A DNA stretch of 64,000 bases from Marsupella aquatica (lineage: Eukaryota > Plantae > Marchantiophyta). This document shows, in pieces, positions 48,948 through 60,745 of the stretch. The position numbers and the translations under genes are program-made. The notes under the pieces were generated by a model. The model did not search any database, was not told the DNA's origin, and worked only from the letters and a program-made list of their open reading frames with translations. The stretch covers positions 7,552,184-7,616,183 of the forward strand of contig OZ316895.1 of the NCBI GenBank assembly GCA_973895155.1, in the 5' to 3' direction. How positions within the stretch are numbered: position 1 is the stretch's first letter; each line of letters opens with the position of its first letter.

Positions 48948-49110
48948 ATTAGTAGGGGTGACTATTAAGTGTGGTGCAGACTACAAGATGCACAAGATTA
49001 GTAGAGGTGACTATTAAGTGTGGTGCAGACTACAAGATGCACAAAATTAGTAGGGATGACTATTAAAGTGTGGTGCAGACCGGAGGCTGCACAGGTTTAG
49101 TAGGGGTGAT
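48948..49110 (+). repeat. ~49-bp tandem repeat (3+ copies) in the 3' UTR, each copy containing the PPT-like tract
   Basis: attagtag(g/a)ggtgactattaagtgtggtgcagactacaagatgcaca units. Confidence 0.85.
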
Positions 49111-49111
49111 A

Positions 49112-50585
49112 TGTCGTGGGGATTCTTTGTTTAGTAAGTTCCTCCTAAGTATAGCTTAGTAGTATAGGATAGTAGTTTAAATTCTCGCATATGCAGTCTA
49201 TAGTGTGCATGCTACAGTGCACAACCTACAGTGTGCATGCTACAGTACACGGTCTACAGTATGCATGCTATATTGTTCGATCTACAGTGTGCATGTTACA
49301 GTGCAAGACCTACAGTGTACGATCTACAGTGTGCATGCTACAGTGTACGATCTACAGTGTGCATGTTACAGTGTACGATCTACAGTATGCATGCTATAGT
49401 GTACGATCTACAGTGTGCATACTACAGTGTAATGTCTACAGTTGCTCCACTCACGTAACTACAGTATTAGCACACTTACTTGCCTTGGATGTGTGACACA
49501 TGGCTTCCATCCGTGTGCCATGCTTGATCCGTGTGCTTGAGGTGTGAGCACTATAAATAAAGAGGAGAGGGGCTCTCTCCCCTCACTCCCCATTTTTCAT
49601 CAACTAAGTTGTGAAGTCTTAAAAATCCATTGGACTTGATGATCTCTTCTATGAATATAACCCTTATGAAGTAGACCCACTCATGCACTCTTGCTTAGAG
49701 TTTCGGCTCGGCCAGGGATATTTTGTATGAGTCGGACCTTCAGAAAGTGTTGTCATTTGATAGGAGATGGTTATTAAGTTCTAAAGAGTTGAAAAGTGCT
49801 CAACAATGCCTTGACATCATATGCTCCCTTTTGGGTGAAATCCTTATGAAGTAGACCCACTCATGCACTCTTGCTTAGAGCTTCGGCTCGGCTAGAGGTA
49901 TTTTGTATGAGTTGGACCTTCAGATAGTATTTTCATTCAAAAGAAGATCAACCTATTAAGATAAACATCTGCATGTATATACTTAGAGTTAACTCAATGC
50001 ATGATATTTGTTTGAAATGAATGATCTTTTCGTTGAATGATTCTATCTCTTGTCATTAGAATAAAAATTAGTTGGATGGAATATATTTGATAGTACGATA
50101 ATGCCCAGACCTGTACCTATTCTTCCTCTCCCTAATCCTTTCCTTATTAGAATTCATGTACTCCAAAAAGAGATAATGCGCCAGCATATGACTTTTCACT
50201 TTGGAGAAGCATTTGCAACTGCGGTATTAAATTCAATAGAGCCAATTGTATACCCTTATGTAGTTTACGGGCAGGATTGGGCTTGCACAATCTTTATCTT
50301 GTATTGAGATGGATCTCAACAAACCTCCCTCCGATGAGCCTCCCGTTTCTTTCTCGTTGGGAGATATTTGTTTTGTAACTCGACCCAAGGTAGCTGCCAA
50401 GGAGGCAATAGTCCGTAGGTATGGAGAAAAGGGTTATGATGTTGTGCTTTCATCCACGAAACCGTTCCTTGTAGTGTCTGCTACCTAGTCTAGAATAGTA
50501 ATCATGATCTTAACTTAAACTCTCTCTTGACACTAGCAGCCATAGGCCCGGTGCTTCCTCAAGAACCACATTTTTCCCCCAGACA
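49112..50585 (+). repeat. 3' LTR (1474 bp)
   Basis: tgtcgtgg...ccagaca, matches the 5' LTR. Confidence 0.95.
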
Positions 50586-52975
50586 CCGGAGTTGAGAGGG
50601 GTGTCGGGGAGTGATGTATGACAAGGGAACCATTGAGGGGGTACAAGGAGGCCACAAGGAAACCCAAGGACTTGGAGCCAAGGTGTGGGCATCTTGGAGG
50701 GGTGGGGGCTGGTCGGAGGCTCCACATAAGCGCAAAACGGGAAGAATGACCAAAATATAGAAAACATTGAAACTTAAAGCAGACGTTTCTGCGCTATTAC
50801 TATTCCAAACATGGTCATGAATTCATTTTGAAGCCCTCAATGAGCCCCATGCGAAACTGAGGTTCTCTAGTTGAGTTTAGGTCTATATCAAACAGTGACA
50901 TCTCGAGGGACCTCAACGCCCGTAAAACAATAAACTAGGCAATCTTGGAGTAGTGATGGTGTGAGGGCCCTTAGAAGGAAGGGGTTCTCACACTTGTGTT
51001 CCCCTTCACCCTTTGTGTGGTCCTCACATGATTTTTGTTCTCTTTCCCTTCCCCACTCCGTAGAGGGGCACTCTGTAGAAGAACACATCCGTAGAAGGGG
51101 CCCTCACACTTCCTTCCTTTCTTTCTTTCTCTATTCTCACTTGTGAGGTTTCCAACCATACCTAAACCCTAAACCCTTTCCCTCTTGTGCTTGCTTTGAA
51201 CGTGTGTACGGACCCTGGTTGTACAAACATCAGATTTTCGACCATCTCAAAATCAGTCTATGGGCTTGTTGGAAAGAGCTCGCCGAGCTGAATCCAACGA
51301 TGTGTCACACGGCCGAAACGGAGCTAAGACGGGGGAGATACGACAAATCACATTTTTTGAGAATACGAGGATTTTGAGACCGTACGGACGTCCGTACGGA
51401 AGGAGGTCCCGGCTTTGCAAGGGAAGGAGGAGGTAGTAGCACATACGGGGAAACCGTGATCCGTGTTTTGCAAAGCCAGGGGAAACGTGTTGTACGGACG
51501 AAACGAAGGGAGACGGTGCCCCGTAAAAACTTAAACGATCATATCTTGGCCGTTTGACCTCCGTTTTGTACACCGTTTATGGAGCCGTGATCAGGAAGAG
51601 GAGGGCTCCTCAGATATGTTTTCAGAAATGAATTCTGAGAAAATTTTAGTTTCGACAATTATAGGGGCCCCCTCCTTTTACAACGAACCGGTGGTGGCGA
51701 ACAGGAGGATCGGGGCTGAAGCCAAGGCACCGTGAGTGAGGAGGAAGACTGATGAGGAGACCAACTCACGGGGCTCAAGTCAGGGCACCGTGAGTGAGGA
51801 GGAGGAAGACTGATGAGGAGACCAACTCACGGGGCTCAAGTCAGGGCACCGTGAGTGAGGAGGAGGAAGACTGATGAGGAGACCAACTCACGGGGCTCAA
51901 GCCATGGCACCGTGAGTGAGGAGGAGGAGGACTAGGGTAGCCGTACGGACCTATCGTACGACCTCTGGATTTGAAACTTTTTGGAAAGGTGCACTCACGG
52001 GCTTGTTGGAAAGAGCTCGCGGATCTGATTCCAACAAGAGGCAGCGCTCCTCAAACGGAGCCAGGATGAGTAAGTTAGGGCCCGGCGAAGTTGGTAAGTA
52101 AGTGATACTGAAACGGCCATAACTTGGTCGTTTGGCGTCCGTTTCGAGAGCGGTTTTGTGATTCATGATCAGGGGGAGTAGGGCTACCCAGGGGTGAGCT
52201 CAGAGGTGAAATCGGAGTGGCACCTAGTTTCAGCAATTATGGGGTCCCTTGCATTTTTTGCGGTTCACGAAGTGATGTTGGGGCGCCGTCGAAGGCACCG
52301 TCGGTCCCATTGTTAGATTAGGGTTTTAGGAGCATGTGTGTGCCGCATGCTTTAGGATTAGGGATTTTCTTGTGTGAAAGTTTATGCAGGGTTTTAGCGG
52401 CGCCGCTAGGGTGGCCGCCACCATGGTGATCCCGTGAGGGGTGCTTTGGTGTGATTTTTTCAGTATTTAGGCGGAGAGCCCCGGAGTAGTGAGGGGGGGA
52501 ACTCAGTCTCGTGTTTGCTTAGGGAAGTTAGCTCATAGCCAGAAGAGGGAATCAAGCCAGAGTAGTGAGGTAGAGGTGTAGCACTTGCCCCAGTGAGGCA
52601 GTAGTTGGGCAGACGGCAGGAGGCCGGGTTGTCCTTGCAATGTGTTGCGACGTTTTGCCAAAAGATATGGATTTGGTTTGATTCCTCAAGTTTTGGTGTG
52701 GTGTTACCTTTTCTGGTTCACAATTGTGTTCTTTCCCCAAGAAGCGTCTAAGGAATCCTTGCACGGTTTGGTCAACCATGTGAGTAGCAGGGGTGGTGAC
52801 AACACTCCACCAACGACCAGTAGGAGTGTGTGTATGGCGTAGTCCATGGGACTTGATCAAAAGCAGAGCGGCTAGTCGGTAGACTTGATCAAAAATTATA
52901 TTTCCGGGAGCGGAAATAAACATACTCATCCTACATGCAATAGAATCCTAATAGCGTCCCTCCACGTTCCCGTCA
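50586..52975. mobile_element. Probable older solo-LTR-like element into which the Gypsy inserted (left stub 37336-37349)
   Basis: Ends ...cccgtCA|tacga; left flank tgcga (one mismatch). Contains duplicated gttggaaagagctcgc.ga.ctga.tccaac blocks. The left terminus lacks TG. Confidence 0.4.
51726..51935 (+). repeat. 58-61-bp tandem repeat, ~3.5 copies, each with an internal 8-bp inverted repeat
   Basis: ggcaCCGTGAGTgaggaggaggaagactgatgaggagaccaACTCACGGggctcaag units at 51726, 51784, 51845, 51906. Confidence 0.9.
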
Positions 52976-53555
52976 TACGATAACAAACGATTTTAGTAAG
53001 AGTAAATACGTATTTGTCGTGTAAATTGTTTGATAAGCAGGTGACATCGATCTTAGGGTTATTTGGTCGGCCGTCTCTGAAGGTCCGTCAGTTCATTGGT
53101 CGTTCCGTACTTTGGTCAGTCAGTTCTTTGGTCGATCATCCCTGGAGGGTAGGTCCATATATTGAAGAGTTAACTTTGTTAGGTGTCTATTCCAAACACT
53201 CGTTGATTCACATCGTCTCAGATTTTGACATTCCTTATAGTTGTCACTCTCATCTTTGGTCATGGACGGTTTGCGGAACATGAAGCCCGATAATGGTAAA
53301 CTTCCCATTGAAGAGGAAGAGGAGACCACGGAGCCGGAGTCCGAGACGTATGTTTCTACCACTTTGGACATCCAAAATAGGAATAGCCTCCCACCAAGTG
53401 AGGGAATGAGTCCAAGGGAGCGAAACATTCCATGGCTTAGGGATGAACCCGCACTTCCATTTGAAGATCGGTTCTTCTTCCATGTTCCTTCCAATCCTGC
53501 CACAGTTTGGCCGCGTCGTCTAGAACTTTGAAAGCACGAGGTGTCGGGATCTCCT

Positions 53556-53842
53556 CTCGGGGGGTTAACTTAGTGTATATTTTGGGGTACCACGTGCGAT
53601 CCTAGCCTAATATAAACACACCTATTTTATAATGGGAATATTCTAAAAATATTCTCTATTTTCAATAGTAATGACCTATTTTACTTTATAAAAGGTATAT
53701 ATTAGAGAATATTCTACAAATATAAGTTTATAATACCTTCTTTTGCTTCCTACGCTTTTTAAAAATTTAGCTAATTTATATGAAAAATACCTATTTTGGA
53801 TCGCATGTGGTTCCTAAGATTGTTGATAGTCAACCCCCCGAG
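53556..53842. mobile_element. 287-bp MITE with 8-bp TSD GATCTCCT
   Basis: TIRs ctcggggggttaact...ggtaccacgtgcgatcc and ggatcgcatgtggttcc...agtcaaccccccgag; AT-rich core. Confidence 0.85.
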
Positions 53843-54386
53843 GATCTCCTAATTTTCAGGACTCTAACTTTGCGAGCGGGAGCATCCAAAGGTCTGTCTA
53901 CAGAGCTCCAAGTAAAGCATTTAGGTAGAGGAGGGACCATGGTTTCACACAACACATATACCGTCGAGCAGCTGGTGTCCCGGATGAAGAAATGTCTTCT
54001 TCTTCGGATAAGTTCCGTCCAGATCCCAACCAGAAGGAGTGAGATTCATATAAGGATTGATACCTACAGATTCTACGTCTTTAGTCGGGCGTAAATTAGG
54101 TTAAGATACTGAAACAATTTTGGTAGCGATCTTTGCTAACATCCAATGTATGTTTTTTCACGGAATATATAAAGATTTTTATGCTTGTCTTCGTGTATAA
54201 ATTGGACATCCTAACGGATACAAACAAACAACAAAATATTTCATGCCACGGTTATTACCATTTAAAAATCTTAGAGTCGTTTGAGCTTTCAACGGACTAC
54301 AATTAACAATTTAGGAGTGAGAAACACCCCTTTCATTTTATGACATTGGCCAAGATTTCCATTTGGACTCTATCTACGTTTTAGAA

Positions 54387-57300
54387 ATGGCATCCCAAAT
54401 CAGAATTGTGTGGGAGTCTACTGGAGATGTGATCTTTCTTCCTATTTTTTCATTGAGTGGAGAGCAAATAGTGAGTGAAACTTATCTCGGTCAACGACTT
54501 GGCTGTGAGGGGTTATTTATCCAAGATGTACTTGGGAGGAGGGAGGATTCCATTGTGAGTCCTACCTGTATTGAGCCTTCAAGTCTCCATAGCGTCCCAC
54601 ATTGGAGCTTGAAAATTGGATGTGTACTCTATGGTTCCTGAAAAATGATCCATCCCTCGAGAGAGTAGAAGCAGACATTGATGTTTGTGAAATCAAAACA
54701 GAGTCTCCAGATAAAGTTTCCCCTATATATCAAGTGAGTGCTTGTGACATGATATTGAGGATTAAAGGCTCGAGCGAGATATCTCACTTTGTCCGTAAGT
54801 TCTTGGAGTTGGGCGAGGATGTCAAACATGTTCAATGTCTTCCCAAGCATTGCAATGGGGACTCAATATTTGAGCTTCCTCTGGTAGATTCATCCACTAA
54901 GTGGATCTGGGTTAAGATACATGGATTGAGAGAATGATTGCTATCGTTGGACCCGAATTATTCCAACTTCTGCGAATGTTTTTCCAAAAGATTTGTATCA
55001 GTTCGCAAAGGTCCGATGCTCTAGGTCGATTGAATGTCAAAATGGGAAGTGTGCATTCTTAGATAAGGGCAATTGGAAGGAATCAAGTGTCTTGGGCGGG
55101 AAGGGCAAAAGAAGATCGCGTGCACAAGATTGAGGAAGCAGTTTCTCCCGGAGGAATAGTATGTTTTCATTGTGACCAACCACCTGTATGTGTGGAGACG
55201 TGTCCCGCGCTAATGTTTTACATGTACCCACATTCATTGGTGGATAAAGAATATGTGAGATTCATGTCGAGGCTTGCAATGCATGTCAGATACCATGTCC
55301 ACCCAACGAAGAGTTTTGTTTTGAGGGAGGCCATGATTGCTACAGAGTCGGTCATCCGAGACCATCATTTAGTGAACCCCCTGGCCACACCAGCTCAACT
55401 AAAAATTGATGCAACGGAGTCATTGATGTCACACTTGGCTCCGGAGAGTGCCGCTGGGATTTCTGCCCAGGACATTCAGGATATTTGGAGCTCATTGAGT
55501 GCTCTTGCGTCCAAAGAGAAGTTCCAAGCCATCTTGCAAAATGTGAAAATGGAGAATCCCTTGAAAAGGGAGTTTGACTTGATTCATGACATGCAAAGGA
55601 ACATTCATTTTCCTTACATCCAAAGATTTCTATTCCCTGGTCAAGGCTCAATTACAGATCGAGCTCATGTTTTCAAGATGAGCGTAAAAGGTTCGGGTTC
55701 TGGATTTGATATTCTTCAAGAAATGAAAAAAGGAGGTTCTCTTGAAGGATCATGGGTTAGTTTTGATGTTATACACCGGATTACTACTGGCTGGCTCACA
55801 TTTAGTGCACACGTTTATGATCATAACATCCGTGCCCTCTCCACAATAGTTACTTGTGAGTTGAAGTCTAAATGTTGTGAATCATTGTCTACGGCTTGGA
55901 GGTTGATGGTAAGTGTCGCATCCAAAAATGGTTTGCACGACATTACCATCCATGGTTTCATGGCAGACAATGCCACCGCTGGGTGGAATGCGATCCAAAA
56001 TATATTCTGGTAGGGTCTGCCTAATCTAGAAACAAAGAGGTCTGATGCTTTTCATTTCTTCCAATCACTCCGGAGGCATACCCGTGAAGGTATTTTGGAG
56101 AAAAATCATGATGAGCATTATGCTTTGTGGGACTGTTTGAGGAACGTCTCCACGTATGTTGAAGCTTACAGAATTCTTCGGAGATCAATGTGGAATGGCA
56201 AAAAAGGAGCATTGGAGTGAAAGTGGTACATTTTAAAACATTTTAACCTTACTTGAAGCTTCTTCAGATCTATCCGTCACCCCTTAATCCATTTTAAGCC
56301 TCAAAGGAACGTTTTGGAGAAAGTTGAGAAGTTTGAGTTTTGGACGAAATAATCGCTTTCGAAGAAATCCAAAAGAAATCACTTCTGGAGGAAGCTGAAG
56401 AATCGCTTTGCAAAACAACTAGCAGAAACATCGCTTTGAAAACTAGAGGAATCGGTTTAGACTTTTGGCAGCAACTTTGACAGAAGATAACGGATCGGTC
56501 CGATTTCAATTTAAGGAGATTTTTGGTGCGTTGGAAAGCTCTTGCCAAGGGCTATAAGGAGAATTTTAGTTTGGACCCAAAAGACCAACTTCAAAATATC
56601 CCAAGCCGATTCTCCAAGGTTTTTTGGCATATGTTACTTAAACCATTTTCTATCTCTTTTGCACCTCTTGAGCTTTTCCATTAGTTGGATAGAATAGGAT
56701 ATAGAGACTTAGATTAGGAAACCCTTAGGAGTTAGATTTAGAGGGTCTTAGACTCATCTTACCTTTTAGGAGTTTAAGTTTAGATAAGAAAAGGTTTGTA
56801 GACTTTTAAACCTTTTGGCATCTCAAGCCTTTTGAGGGAGCCTACAATTGGACTCCCAAGACCATTTTTGGTTGTCTTATCCTTGGAATGTTAATCTTTG
56901 ACCATTTTGGGTCTTTCTCTCATGCCAATCTTGGGCTTAGGAGGGAGGATTAAACTAAAAGGAAATGTACCCCACTTCTACATGGAAAACATTACATCCA
57001 TCTCAAGTTCATGGATGAATGTCATAAGGAATATAGATTTGTAAGAGAAAACTTTGATATCTAGGGAAAGGAGAATTGTAGTGAGTCATTGGATGTAAAG
57101 CCGATCTCTTTTGAGTATATGGAAGTCCTTGATGAATGAAAATCAGATTACCTATGGATAAGAAGTTAGATTTTATAAACTTTTTGATCTAAGAGTTTAT
57201 TGGAGAATCATTTTAGGATTCTGAAAACACAAATCGTAAAGAAATTGTTTTAAGATTTTGAATACCACAAAAGCGGAATAAATCGCTTTCCTTATTCCTT

Positions 57301-58790
57301 ACGGAACCAAATCTTGGTTGTTTTGAACAAGATCTTACACAATTGGTGTTGTTCTACTTACCACAATCAAGGAGTGGTGGCAGTCTGGAAACTGTATTCC
57401 AAGGAAACTTCGTTATCTACAAGGATGGATTTCCTAGTGGGTCGTTCGATGGAGATAGTGGGGGAACTATATCCGACTGGTATGGTCTTAATCACAAATC
57501 TATTTTTTATGGCCTGCTCATCAAAATATTGCAAGCAACCTTTGCTAACATCGGTTGAATCCATTACTTACGTTGATTTATACTGATGTGTTTTGTTTTA
57601 GTCGGCTGACGTTCTGGAGTCTGCAAGAATGCCAAATTGCACTGGTTTGGAATCTGTCCATGCTTCCATGCGTGCTTCCCAACCCAAAAAGAAAGTGACT
57701 CTAGTGGAGGCTTGCAAAGTTGACTCCAATCGTGCTGCCTTCCAAGTTGCCTGCTACATCGGATTTGAGTCTGGTGTGAGTAGAGGTATAGGACCAACAA
57801 TTTTTGAGCTTGCATTTTGCCATGCAGATATGGTTGGTTCTGCTTTCGCTCATGAGAAAGCAACCAATTATTTGATGGAAGCTAATGGGAAGTTTGATCT
57901 TCTACGAACCGGGCCATTAAATGGTGATTTGCAAACAAAATCTACAAAGAGGAAGGGAATTGCAAGTGACAAAATCTCTGATCAGGACTCTCATCGACAT
58001 GACACGGTTCTTCTTACTTCCCCAGCTAGGATTGCATCAAGGAGACAAAATCTAAACTCTACTGAGTTTAGTCCTAATTATACGAGAGGGCCGCCAACAT
58101 CAATGGATCGGCCCGAGGGAGCTTCGATACCAGATGTTATAAATTTGTCTAAGAGTGAATCGTTTGAGGTCCTTCGGACTCCGCCCAGACACATTGCTAC
58201 TCGTTCAACTCCTGCTTCGTCCCCTACACGTGTAGTCCCACCACCCATTTTCGAGTCAAGTGCTACGTTGACATGCCATGAGGTGAGAGTTCCCCAAGGG
58301 AGTTGGTATATAGGTAGAATGTCCTCCAAAGGGGTCGGCCCAAAGTGCTATGGGTTTCTCGGTAGGTCTGCAACTCGAGAGGAATGTCGGAATTCTGTGA
58401 AAAAAGTATCGTTACCCGATCCAAGGGGATGCGTGGCTATTGCGGTTTTTGCTGCACACAGGATTTTTGGCTCAAACGTACCTTGAGTTACTTGGTTCTG
58501 TCCAAATAATGTTTGTTTTTGAGGAAAGCCACGACGTTCCATTGTTTCCTTACCACCAATTCCTGATGGTTTGCCTGTTTTGCTAGGGACCAGTCTTGCT
58601 AGTGAGGAAATTATCTTCCTCACTGAGAAAGGCCTTTCCTTGGATTTAGGCATTCAAACTCATCCCTCTAGAAGAGAACATATGCCAAATGTCTCCCCAC
58701 CATTGAGTGCCCCTTCACCTCTAGATTTACAAATTAATGTCAGTACATATTGTGAGATGGTAAACATGAATGACCCGTTGCATTGATTTT
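54387..58790 (+). pseudogene. Decayed Mutator-like (MULE) transposase, interrupted at about 56215-57523
   Basis: VSFDVIHR...VYDH...CEL, GFMADNATAGWNAIQNIF, RSDAFHFFQSL, later LESVHASM...TLVEACKVD; several stops and frameshifts. Confidence 0.65.
56215..57523. mobile_element. LTR-like fragment inserted in the MULE remnant
   Basis: Non-coding block splitting the transposase motifs and ending ...gctcatCA; no convincing TSD. Confidence 0.35.
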
Positions 58791-59994
58791 CAAGTCAAAA
58801 TGGGAAGTCAATCCACATGAGGGTTACTCTTTCGTCAGAAACGCATCAAATCATCAGAGGAAATGTACCCACTCACTGACTTGGTTCCAACTACAGGTCA
58901 CAGTATATACATAGCATGAAAAGTGCATAGTACATATTTGATGTTGAATTTTCTAAGACAAAGAGCTTGTTGATAAACCCATGTTCTCGACGAACATGTA
59001 TATAAATCATATTTGGATAACGTTTTTTCATCTAGAAAGAGCGAAAGTCTCACCTTGCAGATTGCAGCAAATAGAAAATTCACTAGTTGTCGTGTTGTGC
59101 AAGTGAACCTCCACTGATGCCCCCGGTGTAGCCCCTCGATGCAGGTGACACTTAGCAACTCCCAAGTTGCCTGGTCTAACAGAAAATGCTTATATCTTCA
59201 GAAAGAGCCAACTCTACACTTGGTTCATACACATACTTTTGGAACTCATATTTGGCCTTATGGAACTCTTGCTAACTACAACTCCCACTATGCACAAGCT
59301 TACATCAACAGAGAAAGGATACAGAATGCATACTTACTATGGCTCTAAGCACCTTCACTACCTTGTTGAACCTAGTCCTAAAGCCTTTTCAACGTGTTTG
59401 CTGTGCTGTCTCTTTTGGCACCCAACACCTTATTCCAAAAACAAACAGAATACAATTTTACAAGTTAGATGCTTTGGAACCTTCTATGGTCTTAGCTGAA
59501 TTGATGTCACCGTAAGAGGTGATAGACAAGGAATACGAAAGCTGGTCGAAGAGCTGTGGACAACACACTAGCAGGAAGTGCTTCAACCAATCCACTGCCA
59601 AACGGAACTCTTACATAGTCACATTCTTTCAGTAAACGGGAACTCAGTCAAACTTCATAATCTAAGTACACACTCTGTTCACAATAAGGATCTTTCAAGA
59701 AAAGGCCCCACCACAAGGGGGTGGCAGAAAGCAGACAAAGCTTCAAGAAGTTGGGAATGAAAAAAATTGCTCACAAGCTCAATTCATCCATGGCCCAGTT
59801 CAAGGCAAAACAGACTACAACATTCAAAAAGAGTAACTCTACACTTGGTTGTCTAGATCAAAATGCAGCACACACCCTTCGCTTGCTATCCAGCAGTTTA
59901 TTTGGAGGTGACCCTCCCTTGTCTAGACGTGGGACTGAGATAGATATAGAGATTGTTGTGGCAGAAATTGCCTTAGGGCTCCCAAAATTTGTCA

Positions 59995-60745
59995 CTATTT
60001 CGTATACTTATAAATCAGAAGCGAGTGTACTTTTTAACCAAAACCCCTCACTCTCATAATTTCCACATTGTACTCTCTCTTGTCAGCACAATAGGACTTA
60101 ATGGTCTTTCAGACACAATTCTTGACCGGCCTGATCTCCCAACTTATATCAATTTGAAATAAAGCCCAGAGATTCTAAAATTGAAATACATGCCCTTGCA
60201 CTACAGAATAGAGGAGAATATTAAGGAGAGCTCCAACAGTAGAAGGCCTACGTACCCAATGTAGCTACAAACAGTGGTTGTACCTGGTCAGCTCTCTCTC
60301 CAGCCACTACTAAAGAATGATGGAGTAGAGATGGCAAGTCCAGCTGCAAAAGTAGCTCACGTTGTCTCCAATGCACTACCCCAATCTCTGCACCTGTTCC
60401 CGCACCTGTTGTCTTGCTGCCCCAATCATGCTCCTGGACAGCAACACCACAGTCTTTACATCTCCAACTCCCAATTGCAGTAAGAAAAATGTTAAGAAAG
60501 GGCCAACACACTATACTAACATGATCCAGAATTTATCGCTCTTCCGTATACTTATAAATCAGAAGCTAGTGTACTTTTTAACCAAAACCCCTCACTCTCA
60601 GAATTTCCACATTGTACTCTCTCTTGTCAGCACAATAGGACTTAATGGTTGTTCAGATACAATTCTTGACCGGCCTGATCTCCCAACTTAAATCAATTTG
60701 AAACAAAGCCCAGAGCTTCTAAAATCAAAATACCTGCCCCTGCAT
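59995..60745. repeat. ~200-bp direct duplication (about 59995-60200 and 60540-60745) within probable retroelement debris
   Basis: cgtatacttataaatcagaagc.agtgtactttttaaccaaaacccctcactctca...cttgaccggcctgatctcccaactta occurs twice. Confidence 0.8.

Larger units (their letters stand above)
37350..50585 (+). mobile_element. Ty3/Gypsy LTR retrotransposon with both LTRs (defective), TSD CCGG
   Basis: LTRs 37350-38574 and 49112-50585 (TG...CA, near identical); CCGG on both flanks; PBS-like tggcgaccatactgggga after the 5' LTR; PPT agtaggggtga before the 3' LTR; domain order gag-PR-RT-RH-IN. Confidence 0.95.

Noticed and set aside
51160-51177. Telomere-like cctaaaccctaaaccct (also ~24902)
   Set aside because: Only 2-3 units; common telo-box/TE motif, not an interstitial telomere array.
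51749-51900. CTGATGAG in tandem repeats suggesting hammerhead ribozymes (retrozyme)
   Set aside because: No GAAA follows the putative stem II (ACGG instead), so the catalytic core is incomplete.
56109-57523. TGATGAGCA...TGCTCATCA as exact solo-LTR termini
   Set aside because: No matching TSD, and the sequence after 56109 still reads as transposase (HDEHYALW), so the left match is probably chance.
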